DNA of 63,843 nucleotides, counting the filler, from Thraustochytrium aureum (Eukaryota), in the NCBI GenBank assembly GCA_012862495.1. It is 5 parts of 4 records of this genome, joined end to end, with 100 filler letters (N's around TTAATTAATTAA, not from the genome) between each part and the next. Parts side by side here need not be neighbours in the genome. Positions count along the whole stretch, not along the records: positions 1 to 17,809 come from BLSG01000329.1; 4 more parts are not named here. One strand, written 5' to 3'. A program made the position numbers and the translations under genes. Numbering within the stretch: the first letter of the stretch is position 1; every line of letters begins with the position of its first letter. Positions 1-11,296 of the stretch are shown piece by piece. The notes under the pieces are model-generated. The model was given only the letters and a program-made list of their open reading frames with translations. It was not told the origin of the DNA and made no database searches.

Positions 1-442
1 GGCGTGATCGCAGTCGCAGTCCCGGCGCGATAGGCGCGATCGGAGCCGGAGCCCCAGGCGTGATAGACGTGATCGGCCAAGCCGCAGCCGCAGCCCGAGG
101 CGCGACCGCAGAAGCCGGAGCCACAGTCGCGAGAGGCCGCAGCGTGCGGCGGCCAGGTACGATGAGAAAGACGAGGAATCCTTGCGCCAAATGGTGCTCT
201 CGCGAGACAGAGAGAGCGCTATGCTGTCAAAGACGCAGAAAGACCCTCGGCCTGACCGGGCGCGCCGCTGGTCGGACGAGCGACCAGCTGCGACTTTTGG
301 TGCAGCTCAACGAGCTCCAGGGAGGGCGACAGATGAAGCTGCAGCGGCTTCCGCCGCCCCTCGAGCAGCAAAGCAGGCGGACCCAGAGAGTGTAGCACGG
401 CGCAAAGCAGAGTTGGAGCGGCTTCGATCTCGGTACACCTAG
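1..442 (+). CDS. C-terminal part of an RS-domain (Arg/Ser/Asp-rich) protein, probably splicing-related; 5' truncated
   Basis: Frame 2 reads RRDRRDRSRSPRRDRRDRPSRSRSPRRDRRSRSHSRER...KAELERLRSRYT* (stop at 440-442). The first ~22 nt read RDRSRSP in frame 3, implying a one-base deletion in a C run. Confidence 0.6.
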
Positions 443-581
443 CGCTGCGGAGCGGGTTGCCGCACTCTCGAACAGGATACAAAAAACACTGGTTGCGATA
501 AACTATTCAATCACTGCGGGTGGCACATCTCCTTGGCACAAGAGTTGCAATCCACGCGCGCCCGGTCTCCAAAGCCCATCT

Positions 582-1638
582 TCACACGTCAATGGGGGCC
601 CTGCGCTCGTCGTGCGAAACGGGGCGGACGGTCGTCCAGGGTTGGCGCGTTTGCGAGCGCAGCCAGGAAATGAAGCGCCAGTGCGCCGCGCTGGCCCCAA
701 TCCATCGAACGTAGGCGCCCCGGTTTTCGTTTTCGCCGACCACTGCGCGCTCTGTCGCACCGGAGTGGTGCGGGTTGAAGCTGGACATGGAGAGGCTGCT
801 TCGGCCCGCAATCGTGCGCGTCTTGGCCGGCGTCGTAAGCACGGTGAAGACTGCGTTGTCCGTTGCGGTGGAGTGGCGCGAGTTGAGTTCGCAGCGGACA
901 CGGCTACTTGCGGTTCCCGCANNNNNNNNNNNNNNNNNNNNNNNNNNNNNNNNNNNNNNNNNNNNNNNNNNNNNNNNNNNNNNNNNNNNNNNNNNNNNNN
1001 NNNNNNNNNNNNNNNNNNNNNNNNNNNNNNNNNNNNNNNNNNNNNNNNNNNNNNNNNNNNNNNNNNNNNNNNNNNNNNNNNNNNNNNNNNNNNNNNNNNN
1101 NNNNNNNNNNNNNNCCTTGCGAGCGCTCGTTCTTGGCAGTCCTGCCAACCCGGACTACGCTGACGGAGGGGACGTCCACCGTGGTGTTGAACTGGCATGC
1201 TTGCGCGCCGTTGGCAAAGGCCCTGCATCGGCCAGCGCTGCACGCGAGGTCGAGCTGGAGGTCTTGGTCGACCTTCAGGTCAAGTCCCCCGCACACAGCC
1301 GGCTCCGGCTGCCCGAAGGAAACCTCGATGTGCGAGCTGTTGAGGAGCGCTGTTCGCATTCCCGACTCGTTGTCGAGGACGTAAAAGGGGAAAGCGCGAG
1401 GGCGCATGTCAACCTCCTGCGTGAACTCGTTGCCCTGCAGGACGACGTCGAGCAGCGCCACGATGCAATGCACATCCTTGTTGCTCGTTCCGTCGAACTC
1501 GAAGTTTCCACTCGTGGCAAACACTGGCAGGCAGTTTACCTTGGAGCGCGTCAGGACGACATCCGTCGCGCGCGCAGGCTCGAGGCCGCCGAGGCATGCC
1601 GCGGCCGCCACCGCAGCCCGCAGGGCAAAGCCCCGCAT
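582..1638 (-). CDS. Putative secreted hypothetical protein, interrupted by N gap 922-1114
   Basis: ATG at 1638 followed by a signal-peptide-like MRGFALRAAVAAAACLGGLEPARA and a Cys-containing globular sequence. Frame after the gap and the stop position are uncertain. Confidence 0.45.
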
Positions 1639-3225
1639 TCCAAAGTGCGCAAGGTGCGTTGCTCGATCTAGTACTGCTGCCGGTGTTGCGTTGCATCGTT
1701 TTCCGCCGCCGAGGCTGGCATTTCAGCAATTCCTGCAAGGCAGCGAGCGTCCAGTGGCCGAGCCATGTGGCCGCTCTCACAAACTCGCACAAACCAACAA
1801 GACTCACAGTTCAAGTTGTGGCACGACGGTCCAACTGTTGTCGCGCACCGTCTTTCTGCGAGGGCGCCGTCCAAACAAAAGACCGCGTGCCTCCGACTCG
1901 GAGGAGGATCATCGTGGTGGCCGCATCTCGACAGTGGGTAGAGTACACCGGCAGAGTCAACACGCATCAAGTTGAACGCCCGCCCGTCCACTGCATGCAG
2001 CGATTGCGCCAGATTGCCATTGATGGCTTGCTGAGCGCACTCAGGCTGGCAAAGTTCTGTTCTGGCAAGGTCTTGCTGGCAGGGAGAAGATCTGCGACTC
2101 GAAATACCACCACCTGCAATGCGCCGAGGCGCGCAAACAGCGCGAGACTTGTCCCCGTCATGAAGCCCACCCAGCGACCAAACTGGCCCCGTGAGACGTC
2201 GAGCACACGCCCAGAATTCGCCCCGCCCTGCCTGCGTCCGCTCTCCGCTGCTTCGGAACTGATCCTTGTTCTTTGTTCTGCGAGACGACTCTGGTGCGGC
2301 TCCCAGGGCCTCGCACAGCTGTGGTGGCGCAGGCCGCATATCACCAGACTCGGCGCAGTACTAGGGAGACGCGAGGAAAGCCTGCGCTTGCTCGGGTAAT
2401 AGAGAGCCGCGATGAGGCTGAGGTTGAAGCTCAGGCGGCTCCTCAGGGCCTCACAGGCACGCGCTTCGTTTATTGAAAAGCGTGAATAAAACCCTTGGTC
2501 CAAACGCAACGGACCGCGTGTATTTGTAATTGCTGTGGGGTGGGTTGCAAATAGTGCGCGCGCAGCACCTCGCGCAAGCGGCAGCGGGAGAATCTCTGCG
2601 CGCGAGGCACACAACGTATCAACCGGGTATCACCACCCTGTGAGTGAAGCCCAGCAAACGCGAGTCTCACCGGATCAACCGCGCGACACTCGGGGTCCCC
2701 CATGACGTGCTCCTCCGGTCCCCGCGCGTGAAGCCCAGAGCAAAACCGACGAGTCGCCAGCCTCTGCGCGGGTTCCCCCACGCCGTTTGTTTCCTCGAGT
2801 AAGAAGCAAGACTTGACAGTCTCCACCCATCAGATACTGAGTGCCGCCGCAGGGAGGGCCCGCACGCCCCCACAGGGCCTCCCGCGCCCCTCTCAAGAGC
2901 CTCGCAGACCCACCGTGCATCGCGCCCTCTTCCACTCAAGAGCGGCGCAGTTCACCGTCACTTCTTGTGAGGCGCGAGTCTAAAACGGGATCAGCCCCCT
3001 CATAAACCGTGGCCGTACACCGCTTCCCTGCCGCAACGGGTTCCCCCAAGCAGTTCTTGAACGCGCTCTGCACTGGCCCCAGTTCATGTAAACCGCAAGC
3101 GCGGCGCTCGCTCTTGAGTGATCAAATCAATCAATCCATCAATTCAATTCAATCGAAATCAATCGCCCAAGAGGCAGTGCCGCATCGCCTCGAAGCGCTG
3201 CCTCGCGAGCCCGCCAGCGAGCCCG

Positions 3226-3342
3226 CGTGCCCGCGTGCCTGCGTGCCTGCGTGCCTGTGTTCTTGCGTGCTTGCGTGCCTGTGGTCTTGCGTGCTTGCGT
3301 GCCTGTGGTCTTGCGTGCTTGCGTGCTTGCGTGCTTGCGTGC
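3226..3342. repeat. Degenerate microsatellite (GCGTGCYT)n
   Basis: Repeated gcgtgcct/gcgtgctt units with gtggtctt variants are directly visible. Confidence 0.85.
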
Positions 3343-3384
3343 GGGCTGGTCTGGTTTCGGCGGGATCTCGCGAGCTGAACTGAG

Positions 3385-3720
3385 GTGAGGAGCGGGCGCG
3401 CGGGGGGAGGGCGGCCGCGAACGCCGGAGCGCCGGAGCGCCGACTCTGCTGCTGGCTGCGCTCTTGGCGGGCGGGAGGGACGCTGCGGAGTGTTCGGCTT
3501 TGGCGGGGCGGCCTGCGGTTTTCTACGGCCGAAGTGTCGCGCGGGTTGGCACTGGTTCAGCAGCGTTTGCGGGGGTTTCAGGCGAGTGGAGGTGCCGTGC
3601 GTGGTCCGAATTGGGCCGATCCCGGTTCGGCTCGGCGCGCGTGGGCATCTGATCTGCTGCGATCCAGCGGATACCGGTTGGTATTCGACGAGGCCGACCC
3701 TGAACCCGCACCCGAATCAG
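3385..3720 (+). other. Candidate 5'-UTR intron of the 3899 gene
   Basis: G|GTGAGG donor at 3385 and CAG acceptor at 3718-3720, followed by a C/A-rich leader leading to ATG 3899. No transcript evidence. Confidence 0.3.
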
Positions 3721-3898
3721 CAGCGAACCAGAGAGGACGACCGTGCACAGAGGAAGGGTCGAAACCGAGCAAGCAAACCCCCAACCGCATCATCACAGCA
3801 CAGCAAAGCACTGCAAGCACTGCAAAGCACTGCAAAGCACAGCGCAGCGCGCGACCTTCAAAACAAGAGCGAGGCTCCGAAGGAAGGAGGAGTCAAGG

Positions 3899-4527
3899 AT
3901 GGGCAAAGGAAGCGCCAAGGCGGCCCACACCATCGCAGAGGCGCGGCCCTCGCCCCAAACGGGCCTGCTCACCATCTCGAGGAAACGCCAGCTCGGCACG
4001 GCCGGGTGCGGCACGCCGCGCGTGAGCCCATCAGCCTACGCGCGGGATGGCCCTATCATTCTGACTATTCCGGCACACTCAAAAGAGGCCCAGTCGGGCG
4101 GCGCCTCGCCGGTCCTTCTGGGGCGGCGGTTGGCCGTGGCGGCCGCGAGCAAGAAAATCGCGCATGGGCACCTCATGCAGTGCGATAAAGAATGCGGGGT
4201 CTGCAAGCTGGCTTTTTCGATGAAGCTGAAGCAACAGCCTGCCGCTTCACCTTGACCAGGCGGCTCGAGCATTTGGAAAGCAAGGAAGCCGCCCTCCTCG
4301 CGGCCAGCAGGGCGCACGGCCAGGAGCGGTCCTCCAGCGCGATTTCGCAGCAGTATGCGCGGGAAGGCGTTCTGATTGCGTTGCGCCAGCTCAAAGCTGC
4401 GGTGCTGACCAACCGCCGTTGCCCGGCCTGCAGGAAACGATTCGACAGCATTTACCAGGGCGAGCTGCTGTCTCGGCTGGACCGCGCCTCCGCCTTTGTC
4501 AAGGCGCGGCAGCCTTCGACGCCCTGA
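3899..4527 (+). CDS. Hypothetical protein with Cys pairs (CxxxCxxC and CxxC); frameshift near 4240
   Basis: MGKGSAKAAH...CDKECGVCK in one frame, continuing as LTRRLEHLESKE...RCPACRKRFD...STP* in the next frame. Confidence 0.4.
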
Positions 4528-5418
4528 CCCCCCGCGCTCTATCTGCGCGTTTGACTTATTGCCCAGCTGTCCTGAAGGAACCAAACACGTCGGACCGGCC
4601 TTGTGATGAGCGCAGGCTTGAGAGCACAAGCTCACCACGATCGTGTCTCTGCTCGATGATGAGGATTACNNNNNNNNNNNNNNNNNNNNNNNNNNNNNNN
4701 NNNNNNNNNNNNNNNNNNNNNNNNNNNNNNNNNNNNNNNNNNNNNNNNNNNNNNNNNNNNNNNNNNNNNNNNNNNNNNNNNNNNNNNNNNNNNNNNNNNN
4801 NNNNNNNNNNNNNNNNNNNNNNNNNNNNNNNNNNNNNNNNNNNNNNNNNNNNNNNNNNNNNNNNNNNNNNNNNNNNNNNNNNNNNNNNNNNNNNNNNNNN
4901 NNNNNNNNNNNNNNNNNNNNNNNNNNNNNNNNNNNNNNNNNNNNNNNNNNNNNNNNNNNNNNNNNNNNNNNNNNNNNNNNNNNNNNNNNNNNNNNNNNNN
5001 NNNNNNNNNNNNNNNNNNNNNNNNNNNNNNNNNNNNNNNNNNNNNNNNNNNNNNNNNNNNNNNNNNNNNNNNNNNNNNNNNNNNNNNNNNNNNNNNNNNN
5101 NNNNNNNNNNNNNNNNNNNNNNNNNNNNNNNNNNNNNNNNNNNNNNNNNNNNNNNNNNNNNNNNNNNNNNNNNNNNNNNNNNNNNNNNNNNNNNNNNNNN
5201 NNNNNNNNNNNNNNNNNNNNNNNNNNNNNNNNNNNNNNNNNNNNNNNNNNNNNNNNNNNNNNNNNNNNNNNNNNNNNNNNNNNNNNNNNNNNNNNNNNNN
5301 NNNNNNNNNNNNNNNNNNNNNNNNNNNNNNNNNNNNNNNNNNNNNNNNNNNNNNNNNNNNNNNNNNNNNNNNNNNNNNNNNNNNNNNNNNNNNNNNNNNN
5401 NNNNNNNNNNNNNNNNNN

Positions 5419-6763
5419 GCGCGCTGCGGCGTGATGCAGCCAGCGGCGATCATGATCCCCCCAGCAAAAACGGCAGGCTCGAACAGGGTGATGTATTCGC
5501 TGGCGAACAAGAACGTCAAAATCATGGCGAGCGTGGCCGCCACCGCGATGTAAAACTTGTCGAACCGCGGCGGGGCCGAGTCGTTGATTTCGGTCACCAG
5601 CAAAAAGTTCTTGTCGTCCTTGTACCGCGAAACAAAAGTGGGCCCCGTGTCAAGGATGAGGACGTCGCCGGCCTTGAGCTCAATGTCGCCAATCTTGGAC
5701 AGCACGCGGCGGCCCTGCCGGTGCACGGCGATGATAGCGGCCTCGTACAGCGTGCGAAACTTTGCCTCGCGAACCGTCTTGCCCACCATGGTCGACCGCA
5801 TGCTGAGCACGCACTCGACGAGGCGTCGGTGCACGGTGCGCACTTTGAGCTTTTCCGCCTGCGAGTCGGGGCTCTCGAGACCGGGGATGCGCCGCAAGGT
5901 CCCCAGAGACTCGCGCTCGCCCACAAACCAGAGGATGTCGTCCGCGGCCATGACCGCGTCGGGGCCCACCACGTGGTTGACGGCGCCGTCCGCGTGTTCG
6001 ATTGCAATCAGGAACACCCCCGGGAGGCCGCGCAAGCCCGCGGCCTCCACAGTCATGCCTGCGAGCGACCTCACGCCCAGCAGCTTGGTGCTTGAGCTGA
6101 CGCGCATGGGGATCAGAAACTCGCGCTCGATGTCCATGTCGACGCCGGCGCGGACCTGGTCGGTGCCTTCGTCATCCATGGCCTGATGGAGCGCAACAGA
6201 GTCGGACACGAGCGGCTTGAGATCGCGCTGGGTCTCTGGGCTCTCCCAGTCGAAGCGGTTCCCCGTCACCAGGAGCAGGACGTCGCCCACTTCGAGGACC
6301 ATGCGGCCCAAGTTGCCGTGGATACTGGTCTTGTGGCCTGCGCGCCACAACGAGAGGATGGCGGCGTCGTACCGCTTGCGAAACTCTGCCTCCTTGGCGG
6401 TTTTGCCCTCCAGCTCGCTCGCGCTGCGAACCACCACCTTGATGATCCGCTCGTCGAACGTGTTGGCTCTGTTGAGCCTGCGGAGCGCGTGCGCGCTTTC
6501 GTCGCGCCCTCCTTCCGCGCTCCACATGCGGTCCTCGCCCTCCGCCTCGAAGCCGGAGGCCTGCCGCGGCCCGCGCAGCGCGCTCGAGGCATTGGGTTTG
6601 TAACTAGTGGCCTCGTCGAGCTCCTCGCCGAGCTCGGCGGCGCTGCCGATCGTCAGGTGCCGCTCCTCGTTGTCCTCCGTGATGATCTGGAACCCGTGCC
6701 GCAAGCAAAACTCGTCAAAGGTGTCCACGATCCCGGTGAAGAACAAAATGTCGCCCTCGCTGA
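5419..6763 (-). CDS. SLC13/SLT-type sodium:sulfate (anion) cotransporter with TrkA-C (RCK_C) domains; internal fragment, both ends in gaps
   Basis: Repeated TrkA-C motifs (LAGMTVEAAGLRGLPGVFLIAIE; VGKTVREAKFRTLYEAAIIAVHRQG...DIELKAGDVLIL) followed by TM helices (FYIAVAATLAMILTFLF; AVFAGGIMIAAGCIT), as in algal SLT/SAC1-like transporters. Confidence 0.85.
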
Positions 6764-7884
6764 NNNNNNNNNNNNNNNNNNNNNNNNNNNNNNNNNNNNN
6801 NNNNNNNNNNNNNNNNNNNNNNNNNNNNNNNNNNNNNNNNNNNNNNNNNNNNNNNNNNNNNNNNNNNNNNNNNNNNNNNNNNNNNNNNNNNNNNNNNNNN
6901 NNNNNNNNNNNNNNNNNNNNNNNNNNNNNNNNNNNNNNNNNNNNNNNNNNNNNNNNNNNNNNNNNNNNNNNNNNNNNNNNNNNNNNNNNNNNNNNNNNNN
7001 NNNNNNNNNNNNNNNNNNNNNNNNNNNNNNNNNNNNNNNNNNNNNNNNNNNNNNNNNNNNNNNNNNNNNNNNNNNNNNNNNNNNNNNNNNNNNNNNNNNN
7101 NNNNNNNNNNNNNNNNNNNNNNNNNNNNNNNNNNNNNNNNNNNNNNNNNNNNNNNNNNNNNNNNNNNNNNNNNNNNNNNNNNNNNNNNNNNNNNNNNNNN
7201 NNNNNNNNNNNNNNNNNNNNNNNNNNNNNNNNNNNNNNNNNNNNNNNNNNNNNNNNNNNNNNNNNNNNNNNNNNNNNNNNNNNNNNNNNNNNNNNNNNNN
7301 NNNNNNNNNNNNNNNNNNNNNNNNNNNNNNNNNNNNNNNNNNNNNNNNNNNNNNNNNNNNNNNNNNNNNNNNNNNNNNNNNNNNNNNNNNNCCATCCCAC
7401 CCAAACCCCATCTCGCAGTGCGCGGCCGCGCCTCGCTCCGCGCGTCTTCCAGCAGACCTCGACCCGCCTGCCTGCCCGCCTGCCGGCCGGCCGTTCGCGG
7501 GGTCGGCACTTCGTAGCAAGCAAGCGAGCACTCGGCACGCGAGTCCGCAGCCCGATCCTCGAGCCGGCCACCCACAAAAAAAACGCGCCAGGCGCAAGGA
7601 CCAAGGCGGGAGCAACGAACGAACCAACGAAAGAACGAATGGACGAAACGATGGCGCCCTGCCAGCCCTGCTCGCGCTCTCCAGCGACCGCAGCAGCTGC
7701 TGCCTCGCGGCCCGTGCGCTCCTGCTCGCGCGTTTCGGCTCTGCTGCTCCGCTGCTCAGTTCTACCGCGTGCAAAGCGAGTCAGCTCAAATTGCTCCGCT
7801 TCCGGTACCACTGCGCACTGCGGATTTTACACGTGTTCCACTTGGTGCCTGGGGGAAGAATGATTCAGGAACAGGGGAGGCAGG

Positions 7885-8164
7885 TGACGCGTCGGCGGAA
7901 TAGGAGGATTTGCCGAGGGCCGGGCGGCTCGGTGTGGGGCGTGTCGGGGGAAGTTGGTGTTTAGCCGATGGGACGCGTGAAGGCGCGTCACGGTGGTAGG
8001 GCTAGTGACGTGGCGCGACGCGGCTGTCATTTTTAGGGGGCGTTGGTGACGTGGGCCGGACTGGGACGGTTGAGATGACGTCGTCAAGGTGGTAGGGCTG
8101 GTGACGCGAGGCGATGTGGTGCATTGCCGGGCGAGTTCGCGTCACTAGGGACGCACCTGTGACG
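7885..8164. promoter_or_regulatory. Cluster of nine TGACG/CGTCA (CRE/as-1 half-site-like) motifs upstream of the SLT transporter
   Basis: Sites at 7885, 7986, 8006, 8047, 8076, 8082, 8102, 8140 and 8160. Confidence 0.5.
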
Positions 8165-8412
8165 TGAATGCTGGCCGACCTGCTTCGGCACTCGGAGACA
8201 GACCGTCTTCGGCGACGACGACGACGACGATTGCGGCTGGAGGGCGGGCTTCGCGGAAGAGCATGCCAGGCAGAGTGAACAGCGTGTAGAGAAAGCATAC
8301 AAGCTTGCAGAGTACGAGTACTTTACACTCTTCGGCACCTACTACATACTCGGTGAACGCAAACATTTGAACCCCGCGTGGCGCAGCTCTCGAGCTCGAC
8401 GCTGTAGTTGCG

Positions 8413-10346
8413 CTAGTCCAGCGCAACGAGCAGCGCTGCGCGGTCGACGATTTGCATGGCGCGCAGGAGGGCGCGCTTCTCGGTGGCGACGGTGCCGTGC
8501 ACGCGCTCGAACTTGACAAAGTCTGCCCACAAATCCACGAGTCCCGAGTAGGCGCTCGCCGCCTTGTCGTAAAGGGCCCGCGCAGCCTCGACGCGGTCCG
8601 GCGAGGGCTTGCCACCGTCTTCAGCAAGCTTGAAGGCGATCATGCTCTTGTACCCTGCGAGCGGGAGCACGGGCGGCACCGCCGCGCGCTCCAGGCGGGC
8701 GAAGACGCGGTCAAGCACGGCCTGGTCGCCGGCGGCGCCGACCACTCCAAGAGGGCCACGACGAGGTTCGAGCAGCTCGAGCTGCAGGTCGAGTAGGTCC
8801 AGCGAATAGCGTCCAGAAACTCGGCTAGGACCTGGTCCTGCGGCCGGGACTCGTCCTCGATGCTCCGCTGCAAGTACGCCAAGTAGAGGTCTTCCATTTG
8901 GGCCGCCTTTTCGGCGTCGCGGCCCAGGTCGGCCTTCTCAAAGGCAGACTTTGTCTCCGCGAACTCGGTGCGGTACGCTGCCGAGGCGGACTGGATCGCC
9001 AGCCGACACAAACGCGGGCTCCAAGGCGCGAGGGCGAGGCAGGTCCGGATCACGCCTGGCTGGGACTGGTTGTCCTGCGCGATGAGCAGCAGGGTGGGCT
9101 CGTCGAGCAGGGCGGCATACTTGCCCGTCGCTAGGTCCTCTAGCAAGCCCCTCAGGCTGCCCGAGCGGCTGGCAGGGCTCGCGCCAGGCTCGGCGCGCTG
9201 CCTCTTGCGCCGCGAGCTTCGCAGCTGCGGCGCCGTGACCTCCACGTCCGGCAAGTCGTCGTCGTCGCCGCTCTCTGCTGCGTTCGCTAATCTCCCGCTC
9301 AGAAACTCGGCCAGGACGCGGCACATGCGCGGCGTCTCAAGCGCTGCAAGACCCTGCTGCAACAGGCGCACACAGTGCGCTTCCGCGTCCGCCGGCGTTG
9401 AGTGGCCGCCGTGCTTGAGCTCGAACGCCGCGCGGGCCTCCCAGCACAACTCTGCGCAAGACTTGGGCGCCTTCGGTCCCGTGGTCGCATCCGCCCAAAG
9501 CTGGCGCGCAAGTTCCAAGACGAGGTCCCCGATCACAGTGCCGAAAAACGGCTCGAGAGACGCGACGATGAGCTCCCGCAGCTCGAGCGACTCCGGCAGC
9601 GCCTCGACGGCGCGCTGGTACACGATTTGGAGCACCTTGCCCTTGAAGATGACCTCGTCGCGGGCGGCGGCTTCGGCGCGCGCCTGCTCTGCTTGCTCAT
9701 TCGCCTCGGCCTCGCGCGTCTCGTCAGTGGGGCGGCCATTCTCATCGTCGATGCCCAGCACGACGCGGCGCTGGCGGATTTGGAAAATGTGCAGCGCCTC
9801 GAGCCGCACGGTCTCGGCCCACAGCTTGGGGCTGTCCTTGTTGGCGCGGAGTCCAGTCTGCAAGAGCGTGCGCGCCGTCCCAACGTCGCTGTTGTCTTCG
9901 AGGTGGAATCTGGCAGCCTCAAGCCAGAAGGGGACGTGGCGCGGGTGGAGTCGCATCGCCTCCCCGAGGCGCTTTTCTGTGGCTTGCGCCGACTTGGTCT
10001 TGCGTCCGTACGCGATGGCGTTGTGCCACAGGTCCATGTCGCCGCGAAACCGGCGCAGCGCCCTGGTGAACAGGATGTGGATGCGGTTGCGCTTGTCCGC
10101 GACGCCGGACGCCTTGACGCCCTTTCGCCTCTTGCGCTTCACGCGCAGCTTGTCAAGCTGCATCTCATACTCGATGTACCTCAGAAAGTCCTCCTTGCGC
10201 GGCGCTCGCCGCTGCAGCAGGTACTCAAAGTCGCGCCGCTTCGCCACGATGCTGCGCACCTCGTCAGCCGTGAACAAGTTGCGGTCGACGAGGTCTTCGA
10301 GCTCGTCGAGGAAGCCTTCCAGCTCCTGCTGCACGCGGTCGCCCAT
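8413..10346 (-). CDS. UTP6: U3 snoRNA-associated protein 6 (HAT repeats); frameshift near 8730-8800
   Basis: N-terminus MGDRVQQELEGFLDELEDL...FTADEVRSIVAKRRDFEYLLQRR...DFLRYIEYE is typical of Utp6. HAT repeats follow. The C-terminus (ARALYDKA...LWADFVKFER.HG) is in the adjacent frame. Confidence 0.9.
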
Positions 10347-10503
10347 CGTGCCGAAAGCAGCGCGTCAAAGCCAATTCAATACGAACGGCGCCTGGCGTTC
10401 GTGCCCGGCCCCGCGAGATCCACTCGGCACTGCCTGCGCCCGCGGCGGCCCTCGCGCGACCTCGATGCACTTGGCAGTCACAACAGCCACCGCAAAGCGT
10501 TCC

Positions 10504-10545
10504 GCACAAACCCTCTATTTGCGGGCACAAACCCTCTATTTGTGG
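10504..10545. repeat. 21-bp direct repeat x2 in the divergent UTP6/PP4R4 intergenic region
   Basis: GCACAAACCCTCTATTTGCGG followed by GCACAAACCCTCTATTTGTGG. Confidence 0.85.
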
Positions 10546-11296
10546 GCAGATTGCTTTCGAGGGCGAGGGACGAGCGAGCGAGTTGCTGCTGCTGCTGCTG
10601 CCGCTGCTGCTGCTGCCGTGGGGGCCTTGGCTCGGTGAGCGCTCAGGTCCACTGTGACGGCGAGAGATTGCCCCCAAGGGCTTGGTCGGCCCCAAGGAGT
10701 TGATGTGGTGTCGTTCGCTCGAGGGTTTTCCGGCGAACGAAGCCCACCACTCGCGATGTGACGTGGCTGGCGTTTGGCAGCGACAGGCAGCTTTGGTCCT
10801 GCTCATCTGCTGAACGCGCTCTGCCAAGCACAGTCTCGGCGTGTCGTGCTCAAGGCTGTCGTCGGCGCTGGCGGCCCATGCTTCACAGTGCGTCCCCACC
10901 GCATTTTCGGGCCGCAGGCTTTGCAGCCGCGCTCCGTGCTGCACACAACAGTATGGCAAGCACTGCCGTCAGGGCTCGCGAAGGCCTCGACCCCGAGCCG
11001 CGCGATGGCTGACGCCGCCGTGCACGGGCTCGGGTCAGCTCATCGCGCCAAGTCGAAAGCGTTCCTCTGTGTCCGTTGAGGCGCGCACTTATGTCAGTAA
11101 TAGCTTGCGTGTGTTGCATGTCGTTGTGCAGTATTTTGTTGTTGGTTGAGTGTTTGGCGTCCGGAGAGCTGTGCGCAGACCCGCCCGAGGCGCGGCAGCC
11201 TCGACGGAAGGCCACGCAATACTCGACGACAACCTCTTCGACGACGACGAGACACCTCCTGGCGTTTGCGTGGGCCGCGTTCGGCCCCCAAGCAGG

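Noticed and set aside
1668..2939. Several overlapping ORFs on both strands
   Set aside because: No recognisable motifs or consistent coding signal. Long chance ORFs are expected at this GC content, although a degraded gene cannot be excluded.
4670..5418. Long ORFs consisting mainly of X residues
   Set aside because: They are artefacts of translating through N gaps.
8968..10703. Long plus-strand ORFs antisense to UTP6, and similar shadow ORFs elsewhere
   Set aside because: They are antisense shadows produced by GC-rich codon usage.
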